Both the position numbers and the translations under genes were made by a program. A DNA stretch of 64,000 bases from NCBI GenBank assembly GCA_007376145.1, contig VMFP01000004.1, positions 70,988 to 134,987 on the forward strand, read 5' to 3'. Shown in pieces: positions 28,473 to 37,125 of this stretch (position 1 is the first letter of the stretch; every line of letters begins with the position of its first letter). The notes beneath the pieces were generated by a model, which made no database searches, had not been told where the DNA came from, and saw nothing but the letters and a program-made list of their open reading frames with translations. The DNA comes from Parcubacteria group bacterium Gr01-1014_38. Its GTDB lineage: Bacteria > Patescibacteriota > Andersenbacteria > UBA10190 > CAIZMI01.

Positions 28473-29795
28473 TCAAGGTGGCGGGAACGCGCGGGCAAAC
28501 GCGCGGACCTCCTCCCGAAGGCGCGTGAGACGATCGGTGTCCGAGCGATGCAGGAGCGTCTCTGCAATCCAATCTGCGATTCTCCGCATCGCGTCCTCTC
28601 GCATGCCGCGGGTCGTGAGCGGCGGCGTACCCAGGCGCAGTCCGGAAGGATCCTTGGGCGGCCGCGGGTCATCGGGAATCGTGTTTTTATTCGCGGTGAT
28701 GCCGACCAAGTCGAGGGCGGCTTCTGCCTCGGTCCCCGTCAGACCGTGCGGACGCAGGTCAAGAAGGAGAAGGTGCGTGTCTGTTCCGCCGGTGACGAGC
28801 CGGAAGCCGTGCTCCGCGAGACGCTCGGCAAGGGACCGGGCGTTGGCAACAACCTGCCGCGCATAGACGGAGAACTCCGGCTGCAGCGCTTCCTGAAAGC
28901 ACACGGCTTTCGCCGCCGTGACGTGGTCGTGCGGCCCCCCCTGGATTCCGGGGAACACGGCGCGGGCGATCGCCGCGCTGTGCTCCCGCCGGCTGACAAT
29001 GACGCCGCCGCGCGGCCCGCGAAGCGTCTTGTGCGTCGTGAACGTCACGACCGGCGTGAAGGGAAATGGCGAGGGGTGAGCACCACCGACGATGAGGCCA
29101 GCGACGTGGGCGATATCCGCGACGTGGAGAGCACCGACCTCGTCGGCAATGGACTGCAGGGCGCGGAAGTCGATCGCACGCGGATAGGCACTTGCCCCGG
29201 AGAACAGGATGGCGGGACGGACGCGCCGCGCCAGCGCGCGGATCGCGTCGAAGTCGAGGTGCTCGGTCGTCGGATCGAGTGCGTACTGATGCGCCTCATA
29301 GGCGATGCCGGAAAACGCCACCCGATGCCCGTGGGAGAGGTGACCACCGTGTGTCAGCTGAAGCCCAAGGAGGCGACTCCCAAGCGGCGCGAGGCCCAAA
29401 AGAACCGCAATGTTTGCGGACGTGCCGGAATACGGCTGGACATTCGCATCCCATTCCAAGCACTCCTTTCCACGGAGGAACAAACGAAGCGCGCGGGCGC
29501 AGGCAAGATCTTCGACCGCGTCGATCACTTCCTGCCCCCCGTAGTAGCGCTGGCCAGAGTACCCCTCCGAATACTTATTCGTGAGAACCGACGACAGCGC
29601 CGCCCGTACCGCCGGCGATGCGTAGTTTTCTGAAGGGATGAGTTCAAGCCCATCACGCTGGCGCTCTTCCTCCGCGATCAGAAGTCTCTCGACCTCCGGA
29701 TCGGTCCGGACGAGAGGGTCTGCCGACACCTCGTGCAGGGCCGCGCGGGCATCACGCGGGCCTACCGGCTCTCCGAACGTGGCTGCGGAAATCAT
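28473..29795 (-). CDS. glyA: serine hydroxymethyltransferase
   Basis: LELIPSENY, TNKYSEGY, RYYGG, GGHLSHG, TTHKTLRGPRGG, FPGIQGGP, SGLRLGT. Confidence 0.97.
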   Translation of the reverse strand: MISAATFGEPVGPRDARAALHEVSADPLVRTDPEVERLLIAEEERQRDGLELIPSENYASPAVRAALSSVLTNKYSEGYSGQRYYGGQEVIDAVEDLACARALRLFLRGKECLEWDANVQPYSGTSANIAVLLGLAPLGSRLLGLQLTHGGHLSHGHRVAFSGIAYEAHQYALDPTTEHLDFDAIRALARRVRPAILFSGASAYPRAIDFRALQSIADEVGALHVADIAHVAGLIVGGAHPSPFPFTPVVTFTTHKTLRGPRGGVIVSRREHSAAIARAVFPGIQGGPHDHVTAAKAVCFQEALQPEFSVYARQVVANARSLAERLAEHGFRLVTGGTDTHLLLLDLRPHGLTGTEAEAALDLVGITANKNTIPDDPRPPKDPSGLRLGTPPLTTRGMREDAMRRIADWIAETLLHRSDTDRLTRLREEVRAFARAFPPP

Positions 29796-29809
29796 GAGCC
29801 TAAAAGAGC

Positions 29810-29954
29810 ATAGGATTGGAAAATCCTAAACGCAAGTGCGCGGACTGCGTTTGGGATACCGAGCGTCGCGCAAACCCCCACGGGAACGTCAGCGCCGGCT
29901 CCGACGTGGGAACCACGCAGACGACGCGGGCAACGAGCGCACGGCAAACGTCTA
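29810..29954 (-). ncRNA. candidate structured RNA / attenuator-like leader upstream of glyA
   Basis: Nested stems on the minus strand with many G-U pairs, plus a mutually exclusive terminator-like hairpin (see findings). Confidence 0.35.
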
Positions 29955-32270
29955 TCGCGCCCGACGGAGGTAGACCCGGATGGGAGTCCCGTTCCCACTG
30001 CCGATTTCTCGCTCGAGCCGGTACTTGGCCTCGAGCGCCGACGGGATGCGCGGGTACCGCCCATACGTGTCGTCGAAAAGCTTCTCGGTCACGACTGCCG
30101 CGATGTCGCCACGCTCGAGCATGTCGGCAAGGGGACCAAAATGTCCGTGGTACCCCGGATTCGGCCGGCCGCGCCACGTAGGCTGATCGGCGGACGGGTG
30201 CGCCAGCCTCCCGGGAACAGACCGGTCGGCAAACAGCGGAATCAACACCGCCGCTGCGAGCACCTGGTCATCCGGCGCCGTGAGCGAGCGAACGGCCGTG
30301 ATGGATTCCCGGACGGCGTGCATCGCGAGCGTGCCAGCGTAGGGACGAGCGTGAAGCACCGGGTACCACGCCGCGGTGAGTATCAGGATAAGCCCAGCAA
30401 CAACGGCCGCTCGCGCCGCCAGCCGTTCCGTGGAGCCCCATGGGCTGACGCTTGGGGACTCCGGGCGAAGCTTGGTGAAAAGCGCCTCCAGCACGCGCCC
30501 GAACCCTACGCCCGCAAGCAGGACAAGCCCCGGAAGGAACTCCGCGGCATACTTCTCGTTCGTCTTATAGAAAACGGCGTACGCGAGCGCAGGAGGAATG
30601 AGGAACGAAACGACTTCGAGCGTTTGCGTGCCGCGAAGCCCTCCGGGGAATCCCCGCCCAAGAATCCAGATGGCGAGTGGAACGGAACCGACCACGGCGG
30701 GGACCCACGCATACGCCGACCGCCACTCCCCAGAAAGATAGGGGAAAAAGAATGCTGCCGCAATTCCTCCCGCGACGATGGTGCCCGTCACGCGCCCGCG
30801 GGATGTTCGCCCAGGATACGCCAGTCCCGCAAGCGTCAGCAGTGGAACGAAGTCGCCGAAGATGCGACGCCAGCGACTGATCTTTTGGAGCACGCTTCCC
30901 CTGGACCGTTCGATAAACTCCTGGAGAAGCTCGACGAGAATGCGGGCCCCGTAAACGGCCTCTGGAACGAGTGCCGATGCGGCGAGCCCGAGGAAAACGG
31001 GAACGGATACCAGGGTAGCCGCACGCCGGAAAAACTCTCGAGGGGAGCGCGTCCGAAGCAGGAGCGCGCCTTGGAGAAACCAGAAGATCGCGCTCCAACG
31101 CGTGAGTACACCGAGTCCAAGGAGACCGCTCGCAATCACCAACAGGGAGAACGGAGCAGGTGTCTGCTGGCGCGCGCGAAGAATGCAGATGATCCCGAGG
31201 AGGATGGGAACGGCCATCAGTTGTTCGGTCAGCACCAGGACGCTGTGTGCCGCGGGTGCCGGCGCCAGAAAACCGATCAGAAGCACACCGAGCGCTGCAG
31301 ACGGTCCTACCAGCTGGCGCGCCACGCGCGCCAGGAGTACGGTGCTGAACAGTCCTGCCGCGATGATCAGCAGGCGTGGCTGCAGCGGGTCGGTAAAGGG
31401 CCGGAGTTGATGCGCAAGACCGACGAGCCCGATCAGCACCGGCGATTTCCAGAAATACGGCTGGTGAATATTCCACGTGACACCGTTGTACACGTACGAC
31501 TGCTCGTCGTTCACGAGCGGGTGCTGCACCGCAAACCACCACCGCGCGGCTGCACCGGCAATGAGAAGACCGCACACGATGGCAATCCGCCCCCACCGGG
31601 AATTGAAACGCGTGAAGAGGTGCGCAGTTCTGCGGAGCAGAAATACGGCCACGGAAAGAAGCGCGCCGACACCAACGATGCTTGCGCCGGTCGCAACGGT
31701 CCTCCCAATGTTCGGCGAGAGTGCTTCCCATCGCGGACGCGGTGTGAGGAGTTGAGAAGAAAGCGCGAATGGACGGCGCCCGTCACGCAACGAGCGCCCC
31801 TTTCCCACGCGAAGCAGATGCGCATTCGTGTCTCCTTTCTCATCGCGTTCGTCCACCCACAGACGTACTGGTTGGTCCGGCGATACTCCCCGCGTCGCCA
31901 CCTCGATTGCGACTGTCCGCCCGGCCAGGTTCTGTGGCAAGGCAATACTGAGTTCGACAACATCTCCAGCACCCCGTACCCTCGGCGCCTTGGACGCAAC
32001 AAGTGAATCGCCAGCGACGCCGCTGCGGACCGCGATCCATACCCGTCCCTTCCGAGGCCGATGGTCAGTAAAAAGAGCGAGCCGACCAGTAAATTCCTTT
32101 GGGACTTTCAGGGGCTGCACCAATCGTTCATCGTCAGAGACGAACGCAAACATGCCACTTCGTCCCACCTCTTCCATAACCACTCCAAGAGGACGCGTCA
32201 GCCACCACACTCCGTACCCGACTGCAACAGCGACGAGAAGTGCGATGCCACCGTGCAGGCGTCGAGTCAT
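29952..32270 (-). CDS. GT-C membrane glycosyltransferase (PMT_2-like) with N-terminal extracytoplasmic domain
   Basis: N-terminal TM, about 150-aa soluble region, then VNDEQSY loop and multiple TM helices. Confidence 0.72.
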   Translation of the reverse strand: MTRRLHGGIALLVAVAVGYGVWWLTRPLGVVMEEVGRSGMFAFVSDDERLVQPLKVPKEFTGRLALFTDHRPRKGRVWIAVRSGVAGDSLVASKAPRVRGAGDVVELSIALPQNLAGRTVAIEVATRGVSPDQPVRLWVDERDEKGDTNAHLLRVGKGRSLRDGRRPFALSSQLLTPRPRWEALSPNIGRTVATGASIVGVGALLSVAVFLLRRTAHLFTRFNSRWGRIAIVCGLLIAGAAARWWFAVQHPLVNDEQSYVYNGVTWNIHQPYFWKSPVLIGLVGLAHQLRPFTDPLQPRLLIIAAGLFSTVLLARVARQLVGPSAALGVLLIGFLAPAPAAHSVLVLTEQLMAVPILLGIICILRARQQTPAPFSLLVIASGLLGLGVLTRWSAIFWFLQGALLLRTRSPREFFRRAATLVSVPVFLGLAASALVPEAVYGARILVELLQEFIERSRGSVLQKISRWRRIFGDFVPLLTLAGLAYPGRTSRGRVTGTIVAGGIAAAFFFPYLSGEWRSAYAWVPAVVGSVPLAIWILGRGFPGGLRGTQTLEVVSFLIPPALAYAVFYKTNEKYAAEFLPGLVLLAGVGFGRVLEALFTKLRPESPSVSPWGSTERLAARAAVVAGLILILTAAWYPVLHARPYAGTLAMHAVRESITAVRSLTAPDDQVLAAAVLIPLFADRSVPGRLAHPSADQPTWRGRPNPGYHGHFGPLADMLERGDIAAVVTEKLFDDTYGRYPRIPSALEAKYRLEREIGSGNGTPIRVYLRRAR

Positions 32271-32322
32271 CGTTGCTTTAAGACCTACGGCAGGCGCGGC
32301 ACAATGCTGGACACGTCAGCGT

Positions 32323-33120
32323 TCACGACTCTTTAGGAACAGTCCGAACAACGACGGCCTCTGTTGCTTTCAGGGTCGCCGACATCCCGCGTCTGTCACG
32401 CAGCGCGGCATGGTGGCGCCACACGTGTCGCGCGAACGCGCGCAAGAACTTCGGTATCTCTCGTGTCAGACGCAGTTTCGAGCCCCCAAAGCGCCGGTCG
32501 TGAAATGCCACCGGAACTTCACTCACCGCATACCCGCGCACATAGGCGAGGAGGATCATTTCAAACAGCAGCGCATTCGTTTTTTCCGTCGTCGCAATCG
32601 CGTGCCAGGTCTCGCGCCGCATGAATCGAAAATTCGCGGAAAAGTCTCCGATGGGGATACCCGTGATCGTGCGCACGATACGATTGCCCAACCTGCTGAC
32701 GAATCGCTTGATCCAGATCTGACGATTCGACGCCTCGTAGACGCTGCCGGCAATATGCCGACTGCCGACAACGAGGTGGTATCCTTCACGTATCCGGGCG
32801 TACAGACGAAGGAGGTCCCAAGGATCAAACGAGAGATCCGCGTCCATCGAGGCAATCACCTTCCCGCGGCTTTCGTCATAGCCAACGCGGAGAGCGGCGC
32901 CGATGCCTTCTTTCCGTTCCTTTGTCACGAGACGGACCGGATATCCAGCGTCGCACAATGCCTGCGCCAGTGCTCCCGTACCGTCCGGCGATCGGTCATC
33001 AACAATCACGATCTCGTAGGAAAGCCCATGAAGAGCGTCTGCAACCGCCGGCACAAGACGCGCGATGTTTTCTCTTTCGTTGTACGTGGGGATAACGAGC
33101 GACAGTTCGAGAGCATTCAT
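32323..33120 (-). CDS. GT2 polyprenol-phosphate glycosyltransferase (DPM1/Ppm1-like)
   Basis: IPTYNERENI, VDDRSPDGT, MDADLS, GSR, RRFGGSKL. Confidence 0.9.
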   Translation of the reverse strand: MNALELSLVIPTYNERENIARLVPAVADALHGLSYEIVIVDDRSPDGTGALAQALCDAGYPVRLVTKERKEGIGAALRVGYDESRGKVIASMDADLSFDPWDLLRLYARIREGYHLVVGSRHIAGSVYEASNRQIWIKRFVSRLGNRIVRTITGIPIGDFSANFRFMRRETWHAIATTEKTNALLFEMILLAYVRGYAVSEVPVAFHDRRFGGSKLRLTREIPKFLRAFARHVWRHHAALRDRRGMSATLKATEAVVVRTVPKES

Positions 33121-34361
33121 GACGTGCCTTGGAGAGACTTGGTAACACGAAGATTCTGCGCACCCACGCCAGCCATTTCAGGAGCAGTAAAGACATCGAC
33201 GATTTCCTTCATTTCTTCCTCGGTCAATTCAGGATTATTGCCGACATACAACCCTTGCGCGTGAATGAGCGCGGCATTTGATCGAGACAAGCTCCCCGCA
33301 AGTTGGCCCATGTATTTTCGAAAAAATGGTTGCTGCGTCATGTCGCCCCCCACGATCGGACGAGTTTCAATGCGCCCCTCGCAAGCGGTGACCAGCGAAC
33401 GATGGAGACTCTCCGACTGACAGATAACAGGCAACGCGAAATTAGAAAATGTCTCAAGATGATCATGGCGAAGCGGATAATAGCGATCTGTCAGTCCGTA
33501 GATTGCCGACGCCATGCGATGAAAATTCTTCTCGCGCGTGTGTACAATCTCGGAAAGGTACGGAAGCCCCGCGTTGCCGAGAAATCCCGCAATCTCCGTG
33601 GGACGGAGATTGTACCCAAGGTCGTAAAACGTGTAGCGGGAGTAAAACGTTGAGGCAACCCGATGCTTTTCTCGCAGCGCTGTTTGCGTGGTTCGATCGA
33701 GATTCCGATCCCACCCGTGGGCGCGTACAATGCGCACCATGTTTGCGAGCTCTTGGTCATCCGTGCAGACCGCTCCTCCCTCAATCGTCGAGAACTGATG
33801 CCCGACATAGAATGAGAATGTACTCGCAAGTCCAAAATTCCCAAGGCGCGTTCCCTGGTAGACGGTGCCGAGCGATTCACACGCGTCTTCCAGAAGAACA
33901 ATGCCCCGCTCCGCGCACACATCGCGAATGCGATCAATGTCATCGCACCATCCGAGTACATCGGTAAGAAACAACAGACGCAGCGGATAGGCTTCAAGCT
34001 GATCGAGGAGAGTGCGGCTCGAAACATTCAAGGTATCGAGTTCGCAGTCGATCGGCACGGCGGTGAGTCCCAGTTGCAGTAACGGCATGACATTGGTGGA
34101 CCACGTGAGTGCGGAAAAGCCGACGCGATCGCCCGCGCGAATCCGTTCAAGATTGAACAGCGCCTGCATGAGCGCAAGATTTGCTGAACTTCCGCTGTTG
34201 ACCATCACGCAGTGCTTTCGTTCTTGGAAGATCGCAAAGTTCTTCTCGAACGTCTCGCACGCCGGACCCATGCTGAGCTTTTCGGTGTGGAGGAGAAAAT
34301 CGGCGAGTGCTTCCCGCACCTCCTGCTCGCGATAGAAGCTTGACTTGACGAGGGGAATCAT
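33117..34361 (-). CDS. DegT/DnrJ family PLP enzyme, ColD-like NDP-4-keto-6-deoxyhexose 3-dehydratase
   Basis: VNSGSSANL, EDACESLG, SFYVGHQFSTIEGG (His at the PLP-Lys position), RAHGWDRN, GYNLRPTE. Confidence 0.8.
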   Translation of the reverse strand: MIPLVKSSFYREQEVREALADFLLHTEKLSMGPACETFEKNFAIFQERKHCVMVNSGSSANLALMQALFNLERIRAGDRVGFSALTWSTNVMPLLQLGLTAVPIDCELDTLNVSSRTLLDQLEAYPLRLLFLTDVLGWCDDIDRIRDVCAERGIVLLEDACESLGTVYQGTRLGNFGLASTFSFYVGHQFSTIEGGAVCTDDQELANMVRIVRAHGWDRNLDRTTQTALREKHRVASTFYSRYTFYDLGYNLRPTEIAGFLGNAGLPYLSEIVHTREKNFHRMASAIYGLTDRYYPLRHDHLETFSNFALPVICQSESLHRSLVTACEGRIETRPIVGGDMTQQPFFRKYMGQLAGSLSRSNAALIHAQGLYVGNNPELTEEEMKEIVDVFTAPEMAGVGAQNLRVTKSLQGTS

Positions 34362-34390
34362 ACGATGTGTACGCTCACCGATATGCGGCT

Positions 34391-34419
34391 AGTGTCCGCG
34401 GAGAGAGAGGATACGTCAA
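34391..34419 (-). promoter_or_regulatory. promoter TTGACG-17-GACACT
   Basis: Near-consensus -35 with 17-bp spacing upstream of 34361. Confidence 0.45.
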
Positions 34420-34451
34420 TGTTCGTCTCGTGGGTGGGCCCTGACGGCACG

Positions 34452-34480
34452 TTGCCACGTTCGGCGTTTGTTCCCATGCT
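34452..34480 (+). promoter_or_regulatory. promoter TTGCCA-17-CATGCT
   Basis: Near-consensus -35 with 17-bp spacing, ending 9 nt before GTG 34490. Confidence 0.45.
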
Positions 34481-34489
34481 GCGTACCAC

Positions 34490-36988
34490 GTGCGCATGAC
34501 ACCCGAACCTTCCTTCCCATGGCCGCGCATATCCGTGGCGGTCATCGTCGCCGTGGCGGTGCTCCTCGGCGTCGTCGCGCTTCGTCTTTCCCTCGTGCAG
34601 ACGGTCCTCAAAACGACGGCGCCGCACACGGACACGGATATCGAGCGCTTCGGTGGCTTGAAGACAGTCGGCCAGTCGTTTGTAAGCCCTTCAGACGGAC
34701 TCGCGGAAATTTCGTTCCGGCTCCGGTCGCCGCTTCCCGTACGATGGTTCCCGCTCTTCTTCCACCTTCGACACGGCCGCTTTGCCACGCGTGACCTCCG
34801 GACCGTCGTGCTCTTGCGGACGGACGTTGAACCGGACGGGGTCGTCACGACGCGTTTCGCCCCGCTCACGAAAAGCAGAGGGAAACCATACGCGTTCGTG
34901 CTTGACGCGCCGTACGCCCCGAGCGGGACATTCGCCGCCTCCCGGCAAATCGACGGATCACTTTACGGGGACGGAACACTGTTCCGGGGAACCGCCGTCC
35001 GCCAGGGAGATTTGGAATTTTCCCTGGGCACGCAATCCGCACTTGGGCGTGTGCTCTGGACCCGTTTCCTTGCGTGGGCAGCGGAGGTGCGCCGCGTCCC
35101 TGGGTTGATGGTGGCACTGTTGCTTGGCAGTACCGTGACGTTGCTTCTGACGATGGCGACAGTGTTTGGCGGCATCGTGACGCTCCTTGCGCTCTGGGCT
35201 CCTTGGTGGACGCAACGCCTCCACCGCACACGCGCGTGGCTTCTTCCGGTCGCACTGGGCACGCTCGCTGTTCTCCACATCGCGCTTCATCTCCCCTTCG
35301 CCCTCTCCTATCCGATTTCGAACGATGAGGGGGCATACCTCATGGACATCCAAAACCTCCGCGTTGGCGCATGGCCGTTTCTCCACACACTCGCGAAGGG
35401 ACCGCTGTTTCTTACGCTGTTCGCGCCGGTTGCATTCAGCTTTCCCGAAGCACTCCTCCCGGCGCGCTTGTTCATTGCCGTGACTTCGGCGTTGATCATT
35501 GTGCCGCTCTACCTCCTCGGCGTCCGCCACAGCGACAGAACTGCCGGGCTTTTCGCCGCTGCGCTGTGGGCGTTTTCTCCCGCCGTCATCGGGCAGACGA
35601 CACACGTCCTTCTCCAACCGCTCGCAGTGCTCCTGGTCGCACTGGCGCTTCTTACCATTTCTCGACAGCGCGATGACACTCCTTGGAGAACGAGATGGGC
35701 GTATGGCGGGGGCGCGCTGCTCGCCGCCGCCTACCTGACCCGTGTCTCTTCCGTCGCGTTCCTCCCCAGTGCGCTTCTCCTCCCGTTCGTGATGCATCCC
35801 CGGCGCGCGGCTTGGCGCACGGCTGCCCGCACTGGTCTCGGTTTCGCACTGACCCTTCTCGTCGCCGCCCTGCTTTTTCTCCCCATCCTCGGTGCGGTCC
35901 GAACGGCCATCACATTCAACGTGGAGGCGGTGCTCATCGGCCAGGCCCGAAACGCGGGTGGGCCCGACGTCGCCGCATTCTGGCCACCACGTGAACTCCT
36001 CGAGCGAATCAGTGCCTATGGAAGCACCCTGTTCCGGACGGGACTCCCGGTCGTGATACTCTGGTGGGCATTTCTCTTAAGTCAGGTCCGCACCGTACTC
36101 CGCCTGCCCGGATGGACCGCGGCGCTGGCATTTCTTGGTGGAGCGCTTCCCCTCCTTTTGGAACTCCAGCGCAACACATACTTCTTCACGGACGACAGCA
36201 ACGCGCCATTCGCGGCACTCGCTCGCATCGCCGCACCGGCGTTCGTCCTTCTGGTGGCCGCACGCCTCCTGACCCTACGCCGCGAGTCGGGAGACCCCGC
36301 CACACTGCGCCGCGCGTGGCGGGGTCTCCTCCTTGGGGGTGGAAGCTGGCTGGCGCTGACCGTCGTCTATGCATATTTCGGGCGTTTCCGGCAGCACTAC
36401 CACATGGAATTTCTTCTTCCGTATATCCTCGGTGCAGCACTCTTCCTTCGGGAGATTCTTGTGGCCGAGAGCGGGCAGGCGCGGGCGCGCTGGCGCACGT
36501 TCGCCCGCCGGGTGCTTGGGCCGCTCGTCGCCGGGGCGCTCGCCGCCGCGACCTTTCTCCTCTACACGCCGACGAAAACGCAATCACACACGGGATCGAT
36601 CGCTGTCGCGACCGCCCACCGCGTCGCGGACATCATCGCATCCGTTTCGGGACCGAGGGAAGAAATCCTCACCGCCCAGGGAATCTTTCCCTTCCTCGCT
36701 GGCCGTTTTCTCCCGTTCGGCGCCTCGCACCCCGGCTGGTACCTCGAAGAACGCGTTGGAACAGTGACGCCCGCCATGCGCCGTCTGTTCCTGCCTGACA
36801 AATCTGTCTTGAGGACGTATGTTCGCGACAAGCCGATCCGCCTCGTCGCGATCGACCGCCGGACGTGGGAAGTCTACTTCCAATTCGACGCAGACATGCG
36901 TGCGCTCGTCGCGGAGTACTTCAAGCTCCTCGCGGAAGTTCCGAATCCGTCCGAGGAACAACCGGTGGAAATTTGGATCCGAAAATGA
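34490..36988 (+). CDS. GT-C membrane glycosyltransferase (PMT_2-like) with N-terminal beta-rich extracytoplasmic domain
   Basis: TVGQSF...GDLEF domain, SNDEGAY loop, KGPL, ARL, multiple TM helices. Confidence 0.75.
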   Translation: MRMTPEPSFPWPRISVAVIVAVAVLLGVVALRLSLVQTVLKTTAPHTDTDIERFGGLKTVGQSFVSPSDGLAEISFRLRSPLPVRWFPLFFHLRHGRFATRDLRTVVLLRTDVEPDGVVTTRFAPLTKSRGKPYAFVLDAPYAPSGTFAASRQIDGSLYGDGTLFRGTAVRQGDLEFSLGTQSALGRVLWTRFLAWAAEVRRVPGLMVALLLGSTVTLLLTMATVFGGIVTLLALWAPWWTQRLHRTRAWLLPVALGTLAVLHIALHLPFALSYPISNDEGAYLMDIQNLRVGAWPFLHTLAKGPLFLTLFAPVAFSFPEALLPARLFIAVTSALIIVPLYLLGVRHSDRTAGLFAAALWAFSPAVIGQTTHVLLQPLAVLLVALALLTISRQRDDTPWRTRWAYGGGALLAAAYLTRVSSVAFLPSALLLPFVMHPRRAAWRTAARTGLGFALTLLVAALLFLPILGAVRTAITFNVEAVLIGQARNAGGPDVAAFWPPRELLERISAYGSTLFRTGLPVVILWWAFLLSQVRTVLRLPGWTAALAFLGGALPLLLELQRNTYFFTDDSNAPFAALARIAAPAFVLLVAARLLTLRRESGDPATLRRAWRGLLLGGGSWLALTVVYAYFGRFRQHYHMEFLLPYILGAALFLREILVAESGQARARWRTFARRVLGPLVAGALAAATFLLYTPTKTQSHTGSIAVATAHRVADIIASVSGPREEILTAQGIFPFLAGRFLPFGASHPGWYLEERVGTVTPAMRRLFLPDKSVLRTYVRDKPIRLVAIDRRTWEVYFQFDADMRALVAEYFKLLAEVPNPSEEQPVEIWIRK

Positions 36989-37108
36989 AGCTCCACGGGC
37001 AAGCCCGTGGTATCCCCCGCATACGGTCGCGCCCGAAGGCTTAAGCCCGTGGAGCGGAATCCCGCTCCAGAAGACCATTCATCCACGGGTAAACCCGTGG
37101 TCTTCTGG
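36983..37108. mobile_element. non-autonomous palindromic element (REP / IS200-IS605-type MITE-like)
   Basis: Twin hairpins CCACGGGC-AA-GCCCGTGG (36993-37010) and CCACGGGT-AA-ACCCGTGG (37083-37100) plus further internal inverted repeats; lies between convergent genes. Confidence 0.6.
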
Positions 37109-37125
37109 GGCGTGGATAAACCGCG

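Noticed and set aside
29880-29930. Canonical ZTP riboswitch call
   Set aside because: The conserved GACUGGCG and CCUGGGC pseudoknot elements are absent; kept only as an unclassified structured leader.
30141-32006. 621-aa plus-strand ORF, and similar long ORFs at 20926-22461, 31828-33264, 26326-27495, 28548-29633 and 45245-46321
   Set aside because: They are antisense shadows of well-supported genes in GC-rich DNA, with no motifs or expression signals.
36983-37108. CRISPR mini-array
   Set aside because: Only two full and one partial palindromic copies, irregular spacing, self-complementary intervening sequence and no cas genes.
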